A stretch of 49,721 nt of DNA, counting the filler, from Jimgerdemannia flammicorona (lineage: Eukaryota), in the NCBI GenBank assembly GCA_003990765.1. It is 2 parts of 2 records of this genome, joined end to end, with 100 filler letters (N's around TTAATTAATTAA, not from the genome) between each part and the next. Parts side by side here need not be neighbours in the genome. Positions count along the whole stretch, not along the records: positions 1 to 24,819 come from RBNJ01000922.1; 1 more part is not named here. One strand, given 5' to 3'. The translations under genes were made by a program, and so were the position numbers. Positions 13,103 through 24,919 of the stretch are shown piece by piece (positions within the stretch are counted from its first letter, which is position 1; the number at the start of each line of letters is the position of its first letter). The notes beneath the pieces were generated by a model, which was not told the DNA's origin, did no database searches, and worked only from the letters and a program-made list of their open reading frames with translations.

Positions 13103-14545
13103 TTTGCTATTTATATAATTATAGTATAGTCTAGACATCTCTATATCACTAGTAGGCTAGCAGTATGCTATAATAGATATGGTGACAGTTATACATATTG
13201 CTGAAGATGAGACTGGTGCTGACAGATACTGAGAACTGATAGAGATATGACAATATTATTTGCAGAAATACTTATAGATGTAACAATAGTAATATACAAC
13301 TTGTATAATGATGATAATAAGTAATATTTCAATTATACCTATATCAAATAGTGTACTGGCAGATAGAGGTATTATAAAGAGATATTCTGAAATATAAGCT
13401 ATCTTTCAAAACAGCAACAATAGCAGTGATAGTAATAGATATAATCCCCAATATAATAGAGTTGATCAAGATGCTGGATGTTATACTTTTATTATTTAAA
13501 GATATAAATACAATAATGTAACTATTGGTAATAGTCCTAATGATGATGATTATTTTATCTCTATAGTATTATATATATCAAATTCTTATAAATATATAGT
13601 AGTCTACTGGAAATTATAGTGAATTTGTAGGACTAGTTTATACTTATCTATCTCAGTATAAAGTTAACTATAATATTAATATAGTTTCTATAAATAATCT
13701 GATTTTATATAGTTATAATATTTTACATATAAATAACTAAAAAAAAAAACAAATTAAGAGTTTCTGTCCTTCTGTATAATCCTCCTCTACTTGACCAGAA
13801 CTATCTTCCTCTATAGACTATAGAATTCTTTTTGATCTTTATCCATCTTAAAGGTATATATTCTTTAATATAATTAACATATTTATAGCCTGATCTAGAG
13901 TCTTATTTTTGGAACAGATCTCCTTTATCATCAAATCTCCATTTTTCACTACCCTCTATAATGCTTCCTCTAACCTCTCTCTCTTTCTCTTATTCTCCTC
14001 TTTTATAGCCTTTCTACTTATTGAGTACTCTTTCCTTTTCTCATCTATTGCTGCAGAATTATCAGCCCCATCTGTGAGGAGTTTCAAACCCTTTGTAGTT
14101 CTGGAGGACCTCTTTATAGTACAGAAGTCTTGCTACTTCTTAGTGTCCTTGAGGATATTCTAGCAATAGTTAAGTAAGACGACAGAATTGATAATAGTAA
14201 GATAGAGGCACTTCATATTTTAGTTCTTCTGATGAAACAAAAATGGTTAAAAAATTAAATAAGTTATGCTCTCATTTTGAACTATCTCTCCACTACTCCT
14301 TGCACTCCCCTCTTGCCCTCCTCCTTACAAACAAAGTACCTTATTCTGAATTATCTCTCCACTTTTCTCATGGAATTAGGGTCATGGTATAAAGTAGAGA
14401 AAATTTATTTTGCAGAAGATGGGTTAGAGAAAAAAGGGGCGTCATTGTTGATGTAGTTATCAAAATTCGGCAAAGTGGCCGAAGCTGCTTAAAACTTCAT
14501 GCAGAACAATTGTGTAACTCAGTTTCAATCGGTACCTCTGCACCC

Positions 14546-15583
14546 GCTTAGTTCCGATTCAGATTCACGCCAGTTTCAGTATCAGTAATCAGTCGGCTCA
14601 CCCAGCAACCTAGTAGTTAATTACAATTAGTTGCATACTATGTCCATCCAGTTAGAAATCAGATGTTAACATCTACGCAACTACAATCCAGTTAGCAATT
14701 AGCCGTTAGCATACTAGCGGGAATGGCAGACTTTAGAAGCGTATATACTTCCATAACTAACAACATACGATATGAACTTTACACCAAAAAACACTTTGTA
14801 ATTATATTCGGCAGGAAATCATTAACGCGTCAACAATGTTCGAATGTTGATAACGCCATCTTGTTCTACACGTCTGACGATTGTACAGTTTTTGTTGTGT
14901 GGTTGCAAACAACATTGTCAAAATAATGCCACCAATTGTGCCATAACTACTAGTGTGTTTACAAGCATTCCGGCAAAATCTACGTGATCAATTGACACGA
15001 TCTGCACATCTTCCAGAAACGGTTGCCGCAATTGTATTTGGGATAAGATCAACCGAGGCGGAAAAATACACTAGAAACCTCCCTAAACATGAACGATTTT
15101 GGGTTAAATTAATATTTTCAATAAAACCCTTATCATAGGCAAACCCCTCATGCGGAATCCTAACATATATAGGCTTTCATAGTTTCTCACCATACCATCT
15201 CTCACACGAAATCCGACGGCGGCAAACCGTGCATCATAAAGTAAACTCATTCCTTTGTATTACGCAAAGTGTTCTTTCGCGTAAAGTTCTAATCATATGT
15301 CGTAAAATAATGTAAATATAAGTGAATTGGGTTTGGATGTATAGAAGCATACGCGCTTCCAAGGTCCGCCATTCGTGAAGGGACGATTTATTCCACAAGG
15401 AGTGGGCAAGAGGGATGTGTAAACAGATTGTAGCTGCGAAGTTGCTAACTACTAATTACATTACCAAGTTTGCTAGTGAATGTGACTAATTACAAAGTTG
15501 CTGAGTGGGCGAACGAAATCTTGCAATGAAACGGCTCCAACTTTTGATACTGAAACTGGCGTAAATCTGAATCGGAATTAAGC
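14546..15583. repeat. Inverted repeat pair in a CpG-rich island; possible non-autonomous DNA transposon
   Basis: 14546-14584 is the reverse complement of 15545-15583 at 37 of 39 positions; a weaker second pair lies just inside. Confidence 0.55.
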
Positions 15584-15735
15584 CAAACTGACTCGGGCGC
15601 AGGGGCCGTATGAATGTTAAGCGGCTCACATTGATCAACCAATCGCCTCTAATAAATACACAATGGAGAACCGAGGAAATAATTATATGGAAAGATGACA
15701 ATGATATATTTTAATTATATAAATATCGACCTAGT

Positions 15736-18126
15736 TACAAGATGCCAGATATTTCAGCAGTATGGACCTCTTTGCAGGATTCCATGAGATTCCCATGGAC
15801 CCCAAGGACATTCAAAAGACAGCCTTCCTTGCTCTAGGAAAACTGTTTGAATACCTCCAAATGCCCTTTGGACTTTGCTTTTTTTTTTTTTTTTTTTTAA
15901 CAGACTCTATGTCCTGCAGAATTTTATTGGAAGGGAACCTAGACTGTATAGGCCAAAACCCTCCCCCACCACCCACCAAGCACTGCCCCCCCCTTAACCT
16001 AGGCTAGCTATTGTCCAGCAGCTCAACCATGCCAGGTGCAGCAGGGCAAAAAAAGCCCGCATCTCATTAACAGACTCTATGTCCTGCAGAATTTTATTGG
16101 AAGGGAACCTAGACTGTATAGGCCAAAACCCTCCCCCACCACCCACCAAGCACTGCCCCCCCATTAACCTAGGCTAGCTATTGTCCAGCAGCTCGACCAT
16201 ACCAGGCGCAGCAGGGCAAATAAGCCCGCACCTCGTTCTGTGCACCATGCTCTCCCTACCACCAGGGGAAACCCAGCCATATACCAATGACCAAAAGCGC
16301 ATGCCCGAGAACCCAACGTATGTACAAGGCCACACCCGAGCCAAATAGAATAGCCCCTGCCACCCTAAAGAGAATGACAGGCAAAGAAAAACCCTCATCA
16401 AAGCACAACACGGTGGGTAGGGCCTAGTTCTCCCAGTCGAGGTGAGTAAAGGACTTATACGTGAGGCAGGAGGAAACCCCCAATACCCCACTACTCAAGC
16501 CTGTGGGCCTCGATCACGTTGCCATGTCAGCTCCCAGTTCCAGTTGAGTGCAGCCAAGATGCCTGAAATGGGTAGCCTCAGGCCCCCCGACCCCCCCTGA
16601 CGACTGGGGCCTCACCCCGCTACCCGCCAAAAGAAGCCAAGAGTGTCACCTACCACCTAACCATACCACACCAATCAAAAGGCCCCACCGAAGCAGCACC
16701 TGCCCCAGCCCCGATGACCACCCCCAGCCTGGCACCCTACTGGTCCACCGTAATTGCCCTTCCTCCTATCTGTGATGGCCATCTCCTCTCCCAACCTGAC
16801 AACACCCAAAAAGCAGTCACCTACGCCAGAACCACGCTCGCCGGGAAGCTCGCCAAAGCCAGAGGGCCCCACCACAGGCACTGAAGACCTGCAGGTAACC
16901 TACACTGAGCACTTGACGCCCAAGGTCGGCCGACTCCCTACGTAGCCCAAGACACACCGAGACAACTCCTTGTTGGTGACGGCAAAAGGAAGAAGGCGCC
17001 GCACCAAAACGGGTACACCCCAGATGCAGCTGAAGGCACCAGAATCTGCGAAAAAGTAGAGGAAGCACCGATCCGACACCGATAAAGGGACAACTCAACA
17101 CCATTGCCCTCCTCCCACCATGCCCCTACAGGCACAGCAAACCAACCTGAGGTAGAGGGGGTAATATTAGGGGAAAGGGGACTTGGAAGGTCACCTACCA
17201 AACCTTGTGACTGGTAAGGTAGCAGAGAAAGAAGCATGCCCTTTGGACTTTGCAATGCACCCCCCACCTTCCAGAGGATGATGAATTCAGTCTACGCCCC
17301 CTTAATCCACCACTGTCTGATTGTATACATGGATGATTCCAACATCTATTCAGCAAATTTTGAAGAATACCTGCACCACCTAGAGGAGTTCTTCAAGCTC
17401 ACCCACAAGAATCACTTGAGACTGAATGCAAAGAAATGCTACTTTGGAAAACAGAAACTCAAATTCCTAGGATTTGTGGTTTCAAAAGAAGGAACTCATA
17501 CAGACCCAAAGAAAACCGAGAAGATCAACAATTGGCCAGTACCCAAGACTCCAAAGGAAACACTATCATTCCTGATACTAGTATCCTACTACAGAAGATT
17601 CATCAAGGATTTTGCCCAAATTGCTGCCCCAATCCGAATCCTTCTCAAGAAAGGAATGACATTCAAGTGGACAGAATCACAGGAAAAAGCCTTCAGAGAA
17701 CTCAAGAACCACATGACTACAGCACCAATCCTTGTGCACCCCAATCTGCAGAAGCCATTCATCTTGTATACAGATGCTTCCAAAGATGGCCTCGGAGCAG
17801 TTCTGGCCCAAGAAGGACCTGACCAACAGCACCATGTGATAGCTTATACAAGCAGGGCTACCAATCAGCAGCAGATGAACTATGGTAGTACCAAACTGGA
17901 ATGCCTTGCAGTCATATGGGCGGTCACCCTGTTCAAGCATTACCTTATCGGAAAAAGGTTCACTCTGATTACAGACCATGCAGCCCTCAAATGGCTATTC
18001 AACCACAAGGAACCTGCTGGAATTCTAGCCCGCTGGATCCTTATCCTTCAGGATTACAAAATCACTATCATTCACAAAGCAGGGAAAGCCCACAACAATG
18101 TTGATGTACTTTCCCACCAGCCCTAA
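15736..18126 (+). pseudogene. pol: RT-RNase H, interrupted by a poly(A) retroposon
   Basis: RT reads to MPFGLC at 15878 and resumes with a duplicated MPFGLC at 17236; ORF 17236-18126. Confidence 0.93.
15879..17235 (-). mobile_element. Non-coding poly(A) retroposon, copy 1
   Basis: T-run 15879-15898, minus-strand AATAAA at 15923-15928, exact 18-bp TSD ATGCCCTTTGGACTTTGC at 15861-15878 and 17236-17253. Confidence 0.92.
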
Positions 18127-19190
18127 TGAATCAGAGGAAGGGTGTCCCAAGGAACCACACCCTAAAGAAAGCTCCTCAGACCATCAAAGCACAGGAAGAT
18201 CTTATCCAAAAAGAACATCAGAAAGCCCACCAAGGACAGACAAGCATAGAAGACAGAATTCGAAAACAATATCAACATTGGCCCCACCTCAGAACTCAAG
18301 TTTGGGACATCATTCAGAAATGTGACACCTGCCAGAAGTACCAAGGAAAGAAGAACTATCAAGCCCCTCTGCAACCAATTCCCCCACCTACTCACATCTT
18401 TCAAAGATGGGGAGTAGATGTAATTGGACCTCTACCAGTTACACTAAGAAGAAACAAATACATCCTTGTATTTGTAGAACATCTGACCAAGTGGCCCGAG
18501 GCTTTCCCAATAGAAATCACAGATGCCTTAACCATTGTAGGCCTCCTCCATGGACTCACACTCAGATATGGACCTCCAGAAGAACTCATCTCTGACCAAG
18601 GCACAGAATTCATCAACAATATAATCACAAGTTATGCCCAAATTCACAAGATCCACCTCAAAAAGACCACATCATACCACCCCCAGACCAATGGCATGAC
18701 AGAAAGAATGAACCAGACCATTAAGAAAGGACTTGCCTGAGTCAACCCTACTAATTGGGACCTCTGCTTACCTGAGATCCTGTGGGAAATTCGAAATACC
18801 CCTGCTACATCCACCAAACAAAAGCCATTCAAAATGATGTTTGCCAAGAAAACCAGAACTGCTGACCATGAGAATCTCAGAGACCTCCTCAAGAAGGCAG
18901 AACAGTTGCGAAATCAAGCCCAAGGACAGATTATCAAAGCCCAGGAAAGACAAAAGAAGTACTATAACCAAAAACAGAAAGATCAGGAGATCAAGATTGG
19001 AGATCAAGTCCTTGTCTGGAGAAGCATGATTGAGACAAACTTTGCTGCCAAACTAGAACCGAAATGGGAAGGACCTTACCTTGTACACAACATCAGAGGA
19101 ACCAGCATCTATTTAAGAAGCATGGATGGATGAACCCTGAGAACACCAGTATACATCAATTACCTTAAACTATATTTCCCCTCCACACCA
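18126..19190 (+). pseudogene. Integrase (HHCC, DDE core, GPY/F), no chromodomain
   Basis: HQKAH...CDTC, GVDVIGPLP, SDQGTEF, YHPQTNGMTER, KWEGPY. Confidence 0.92.
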
Positions 19191-19705
19191 TGAGCCAAAG
19201 GATTGATCAGCGCCTCCAGACATTGGTCCTCAGCTCCTTCCAAGCCCTACCTGTTCCTCTACCCCAATTCGGCCAAGCCAATGGAAGCCCCCTTCAAAGG
19301 ATCCAAGCTCATCAAGAAAATCTCACCTTGGCCAGACGCCTACTACAAGTCCACCAACTGCAGGCCTATTATGCAATCGGTGAACAGTTACAGAACCTCC
19401 CAGCCCCAGAACAAACCTATATCAGAAATACTACAGGTCTGATCAGAAGAGACACTACTGCTGCAGACAGACTATACACCATTTATAAACGAAATGTCAC
19501 AGCCCTGACACAGGCACAATTCTCCCTGAATGATATTCAAGGAATGAACCCTGTTACTTATCTGAGCATCATCAACTCTGTCGAAATCCTATTCCCTGAA
19601 GAAGAAGAAGAGCCCCTAGAATGGAGTAACCCCAGTACAGACAATGAAGATGATGGAACAGGTATAGATGCAGAAGCAGCCTATGCTTATTGGGATGATG
19701 ACTGA
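19190..19705 (+). CDS. Intact 171-aa accessory ORF3 of family A, unknown function
   Basis: ATG-to-stop ORF between integrase and PPT; helical core with QLQAYYAIG and an acidic tail; homologous to ORFs in families C and D. Confidence 0.8.
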   Translation: MSQRIDQRLQTLVLSSFQALPVPLPQFGQANGSPLQRIQAHQENLTLARRLLQVHQLQAYYAIGEQLQNLPAPEQTYIRNTTGLIRRDTTAADRLYTIYKRNVTALTQAQFSLNDIQGMNPVTYLSIINSVEILFPEEEEEPLEWSNPSTDNEDDGTGIDAEAAYAYWDDD

Positions 19706-19747
19706 AGAATAGTCTGGGACAGACTACCCTTCAGTGGGGGCTGATGA

Positions 19748-21277
19748 TGTGACAAGCCAAGACGTACCACCCGAATCATATCTTAACCAGATGACATGAA
19801 CAAGATGATGTGAACACTCAGCTTAGTAACCAGAAATCCTTGCTGCGGAAACTGTATAAATAGCCAGACATACCAGAAAGGGTCTGTTTACCTGTACAGA
19901 CTCTGTACACCATACAGACTCTGTATACTGTACAGGTCCTATACACTGTACAGACTCTGTACACCTACCATAAGTAGCAGATCTATAGTTAGCCACATAG
20001 TAACCAGATAGCAACCAACTTATATAACTTACCCCAGAGGTAAGAGTGAATAAAAACCTCAGTCTGAATTGAAGTGCAAACCAAAGAAGCCTCTAAAGAT
20101 TGAGCAATTGGTCCTCTTATTCCCACTCCAGTCCACTTTCTGATACAAAGAAGAGTTTGTTATGTTTTTGGTTCGCTTGCCAGATAAGCCTGAAGATTTG
20201 CCACCTAAGTTCAAGAAGAACTTCGCCGCCTTTCGAAGAGTAACCTGCCGCTTAAGGAATAAGCCACCATTTCCAAGTTATCCTCCGCCTTCCCAAGAAA
20301 GCCGCCTTGCTCAAGCCAGTTTCTGATGCAACTTCGCAGTGATCTGTCATGCAAACGAAGCCAGTCCTTAATGCAACTTTGCCAAGAGACCCTTTCCGAG
20401 CCACCCTCCCGTTTCCCAGTCAGAGCCCGCTGATTCAGGAAGAATCTGCGTCATCTGCCATTTTCAAGTTATCCGCATTCCCAGAAGAGCCCGATTTGAA
20501 ACCACTCGCACCATTCGAGTAGTATTCCCAGTTGGAGCCGAATCCACGCCATCCAAGTTGATTCTCAGTTAAGCCACTGTTTTCAAGAAGCCCGCCAAAT
20601 CCACATTGTCTGCCACTTTTGCATCATCCACCGTATTCCCAGTTGAAGCCGCCAACTCAGGAAGAATCTGCAACATCCGAGTTGTTCATTATTCCCAGTG
20701 AGCCCATTGCAGAGGAATCCTTGCCATACAATTCCCAGTGAGCCTGTTACAGAAGAACTCGCTGCCAGCATAATTCCTAGTGAAGCCTGCTGCTTTTGGA
20801 GAATCTGCACCAAATCAAGTTATCCGCCAAATTATCAGAACATCTGCATAAGGAACCTGTCACGCTACACAAAGAAATCGCCCACCACCCAAGAAGGAGA
20901 ACTGCTAAATTACCAGACCATCACGCACAGAGATTGTCATGCTATACAGAGATTGTCATGCAGAAATCGCATAAGGAGAACTGCTAGATTGCCAGACCAT
21001 CACACCCAGAGATTGCATACTTTTGGAGATCGTTATGCTACACAAATTGTACCATTCCCAGTTGACCCAAGAAGGAAGTCCATTCACACACAAATCGCTG
21101 CTACACCCAGAGAACCGTCCCAAAAAGGAAACCGCTCGCACAGTATCCAGATCATGACTATTATACCGCTAAACACTAAGAATATTTTGTTGCTTTTAAC
21201 AAAGTAACTGGGGGCTCAAGCCAAACTACATCAACCCCCAACCTTGTAATTTGCCTCTATTGAGCCGGCACATTACA
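19748..21277 (+). repeat. 3' LTR of family A (1530 bp)
   Basis: TGTGACA...CATTACA, preceded by the G-rich tract AGTGGGGG; TATA-like at ~20021 and AATAAA at ~20049. Confidence 0.93.
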
Positions 21278-21548
21278 CTAGTCACTAAATGTTCTGGAAA
21301 CTTGTAGAACTTTATTTGTCATCATTTGTCATTCTTGTCAAGAACTTTCCTCTTGATATTTTTCTTTGATTTCTCAGATCCTTTTTTCAGATCTTATATA
21401 AATATCCCCTCTGTTCTTATGAATAAAGCTCAGAATATTTTCTCTCAGAAATCCTTCAAGAATACTTGAATCCTTAAGTATCTCTTTGAGCTACTTAGAA
21501 CTACCAGAACTAGTCGCTTCCTTATTTAGAAACTAGAACCATTACACT

Positions 21549-21560
21549 TGGTAGCAGCAG
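21549..21560 (+). promoter_or_regulatory. PBS, initiator tRNA-Met type (family B)
   Basis: TGGTAGCAGCAG 2 nt after the LTR end; same sequence as the family D PBS. Confidence 0.75.
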
Positions 21561-22639
21561 TTAAGTTACACCTAGCCTTATCAAGATACCACTCAAGATA
21601 TCAGTTACAATACTATGGAGGACAACAAGTAGAACCCTTCATACAGTATCTATGGCCCAGGCAATGTCTCATACAATTGGCAAGAAGAAGAGGAACAGCA
21701 AAACCCTACTCAGTCAACTGGGGCCATTGAGAGTCTTTTGCAGACTGCATTAGCTCAGATTGCCCAACTTAAAGAATATATAGAAAGAAAGAAAAGCAAG
21801 GCCCCTGCTTATATCTCCACACCTCTACTGACATCAATATATCCAACAGTAGTTACTATCAAGCCTCAGAAACCTGATACTTTTGATGGTCAAAGAGGAG
21901 GACAATCTACAAACACCTGGCTTTTCCAATTAGAGCAATATGGAGAACTGACCAATTTGGAAGAAGCAACACTAGTCCAATTCGCTGCCACACTTCTCCA
22001 AGGAAATACTGTAATCTGGTGGCAAAACCATATCCAGAATACTAGATTCTCTGACTGGATCAGGGCCTGGAATGAATTCTCTGATACCATTCAAGGTCAA
22101 TTCAAACCAGTTAACAGCACCAAGGCTATGCAAGACTGTCTGGCAAATATCAAATAACTCAAGTCTGTGTAAGCATACAATGCACAATTTCTGTCAATCC
22201 TGTTAGAATTACTACATGTTACTGAAGATGAGAAGATCAACAAGTACATCTGAGGCCTGAAAGGTCAAACCTGAGTTTGTATTGAACTAGAAGAACCCAA
22301 GGACCTAGATACAGCAATGAAGATTGCTGATAGGTTTGATGTCATCACTTATAGCTTATAGTCACTACTTTGAACAGAAGAGATGCCTTTCAATAACAAC
22401 CACAAAAGGGAGGAACCCAAAGTCAGAACTGTTGGACCTGCCCCCATGGACCTAGACACCATTAATAAGAACAGGAAAGGTAAGCTTACATCTAAGAAAA
22501 AGGAGTGCCTCAAGAAGGCTGAAGTCTGCTTCTTTTGCCATCAGCCTGGTCACATTGCAACCAAATGTCTCAAGAAAACTACCAAACCAAAGAGGATTCT
22601 GGTCCTGTCCAAAGACACCCAAGGTCAACCAGTTGAATA

Positions 22640-23057
22640 AGAAGTTGTACTCAATTTCATATGGGTCAACCTCAAGGCCCAGATCTCTCAAGTACAGTCA
22701 GGAGTCATTGGTTTAAACCTTCAAGCAGTACAACAAGTCACTATTCCTGCACATGAAAGAAGACTCATTCCAACTGGCCTTTCAGTTGAAATCCCCAAGG
22801 AATATTATGCAAGAATTGCACTAAGATCTGGCCTCAGTTTCAAGCACTCATTGGATATTGGTGCTGGAGTCATTGATCCTGACTTCTGAGATGAAATACA
22901 AGTCCTGCTAGTTAACTACAAGAACCAACCATATACCATCAATGAAGGTGACAGAATTGCACAGCTCATTCTGGAGTAAGCCACCCTACCAGTCATCAAA
23001 GAAGTCACCAAGCTGTCTTCAACCAAGTGAGATCAGAAAGGCTTTGGCAGTACTGAC
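22640..23057 (+). pseudogene. dut: dUTPase domain, family B (between CCHC knuckle and protease)
   Basis: LIPTGLSVEIP, RIALRSGL, AGVIDPDF, GDRIAQLI, KGFGSTD. Confidence 0.92.
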
Positions 23058-24819
23058 AAAGTTGCAAGCATAGCCAAGAACTGAGCCAATTCAATGCTCA
23101 TTTTCAAAGATCTAGTCAAGGGACAAGAGCTAGATGTTCTTATAGACAGTGGAGCTATTGAAAACTTCATCAATAAGAACCTCATTAATAAGCTCAAGAT
23201 TCTCACCAAACTAGCTAGCAAGAATGGTGGAGTTGTTACTGCAGACAGTACCATCTTACCAATTGACTCAATTGCTGCTAAACTCCCTCTCAAGATCCAG
23301 AAGTACTGGGAATGTTTAGATTTCAAAGTAGTACCACTAGGAGACCATGATCTGATCCTAGACAAACCCTGGCTTATATGACATAACCCTCAGATTGATT
23401 GGATCAAGAATGAAGTCACCTTGATTTAGGATGGAGCCAATATTACCATCAAGCCAGACAAGACTCAGACAAGAACCCCAATTGCTACCCTTTCAGCAAT
23501 TCAGTTCAAGAAGACCCTCAAGAAAGCTACCTGTGCCTTTGTGGTACTGATCCGACCAAAGAAAGAAGACAAGAAGCTATTAATTAGTAAAAGCATCAAA
23601 TTACTGCTAAACAAGTACAAAGATGTCTTCTCAGACAAACTACCTGGTCTACTACCTTCAAGAGACCATGACTATGAAATCAAGTTGGTATCTGATACAG
23701 CTATACCTAAGAAGAAAATGTACCACATATCCCTACTTAAAATTGAAGCAGTCAAGAAAGAACTCAATGAACTCATTGAGCAAGGAGCCATTTAGCCAAG
23801 CAAGTCACCCTTTGGCTCCCCAGTCCTATTTGTCAAGAAAAAGGATGATACTCTGCAAATGTACATAGACTACCAAGCACTCAACAAGATTACAGTCAAG
23901 AACCATTATCTGCTACTACTTATAGATCAAATCTTTGATACTCTCAAAAATGCAAAGTACTTCACCAAGATTGATCTCACCTCTGGGTATTACCAAATTC
24001 GAATCAAGTCAGAAGACATACCCAAGACTGCCTTCATGATACTCTTCAGACTCTATGAATTCCTAGTTATGGCCTTTGGTCTCACCAATATACCAGTAAC
24101 CTTTCAAGATCTCATGCAAACTGTCTTTAAGGATCAGCTCTATATCTTTGTACTTGTATATATTAATGATATCCTGATCTTCAGTAGCACTGAAGAAGAA
24201 CACCTCAAGCATATTAAACAAGTCCTCAAGATCCTCTGTGAGAACAAGCTCTACATATATTTAGTAAGTAATTCATCCAAATGCAACACAGATAACATTG
24301 CGATATTCTTTATCCCCTAAAAATCAGCCCAACCATGGAAGAACTGCAAGTTACTATATCACCAAACACTATTATAGTACGTGCATTCCTACGTCCGTAA
24401 ATTTCACATGAGTCGATGAGAGTTTCCGGGTGTCAGGCACACCAATTTGGGCTTACACTCAATCGTCTTCATACCAGGTTTCACTCCCTGTTTTGTACAC
24501 CTTGTGTATGTCAAGTTATGCGGGAATCCTCTGAGTGGCTTGCTCTAGATGTAAACGCCATCACTGGTGGCGTAAACAATCTTGCGTCATCAGAAAAATT
24601 TCCGGAATGCGATTTTACACCAGTGGCAGTTAATTAATAGAGGGTACGGGTTATCGGAGAAGGAAGACGGAGATTTAACAACTTTGTCGGCACCGCTGAT
24701 GGTGGGTGATGTCCCAAAAATGGCAAACTCATATTCGAGGCCACGTTGGCCAAGGCCGAGTAATACAACTGAAGCTTGAATGGGAACAAGTCGCTCTCTT
24801 TTTTTTTTTTTTTTTTTTT

Positions 24820-24919
24820 NNNNNNNNNNNNNNNNNNNNNNNNNNNNNNNNNNNNNNNNNNNNTTAATTAATTAANNNNNNNNNNNNNNNNNNNNNNNNN
24901 NNNNNNNNNNNNNNNNNNN
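24820..24919. other. Artificial scaffold gap or linker
   Basis: 44 N + TTAATTAATTAA (stops in all six frames) + 44 N, exactly 100 bp. Confidence 0.95.

Larger units (their letters stand above)
15736..21277 (+). mobile_element. Ty3/Gypsy family A, 3' part (RT-RNase H-integrase-ORF3-PPT-3' LTR), 5'-truncated
   Basis: MDLFAGFHEI, MPFGLCNAP, YMDD, YTDAS, TDHAAL, WGVDVIGP, ISDQG, WEGPY; 3' LTR matches 4630-6082. Confidence 0.95.
21278..24255 (+). mobile_element. Ty3/Gypsy family B, truncated (partial 5' LTR-PBS-gag-dUTPase-protease-RT)
   Basis: LTR remnant ends CATTACA at 21546; PBS TGGTAGCAGC; KPQKPDTFDG, GPAPMDLD, CFFCHQPGHIATKC, LIDSGA, KIDLTSGYYQI, YINDILI. Confidence 0.92.

Noticed and set aside
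19190..19705. ORF3 as an env gene
   Set aside because: Too short, with no signal peptide, transmembrane helix or cleavage motif.
20260..20790. Repeat-spacer appearance suggesting a CRISPR array
   Set aside because: Degenerate, irregularly spaced repeats inside a eukaryotic LTR, with repeated intervening sequence and no cas genes.
15731..21282. CTAGT at both ends of the family A 3' fragment as a TSD
   Set aside because: The left end is mid-RT, not an LTR edge, so integrase could not have produced it; likely coincidence.
24820..24919. Palindromic TTAATTAATTAA between N runs
   Set aside because: Artificial six-frame-stop linker. Adjacency across it is unreliable; the sequence left of the T-run is not the missing 3' end of family C copy 1.
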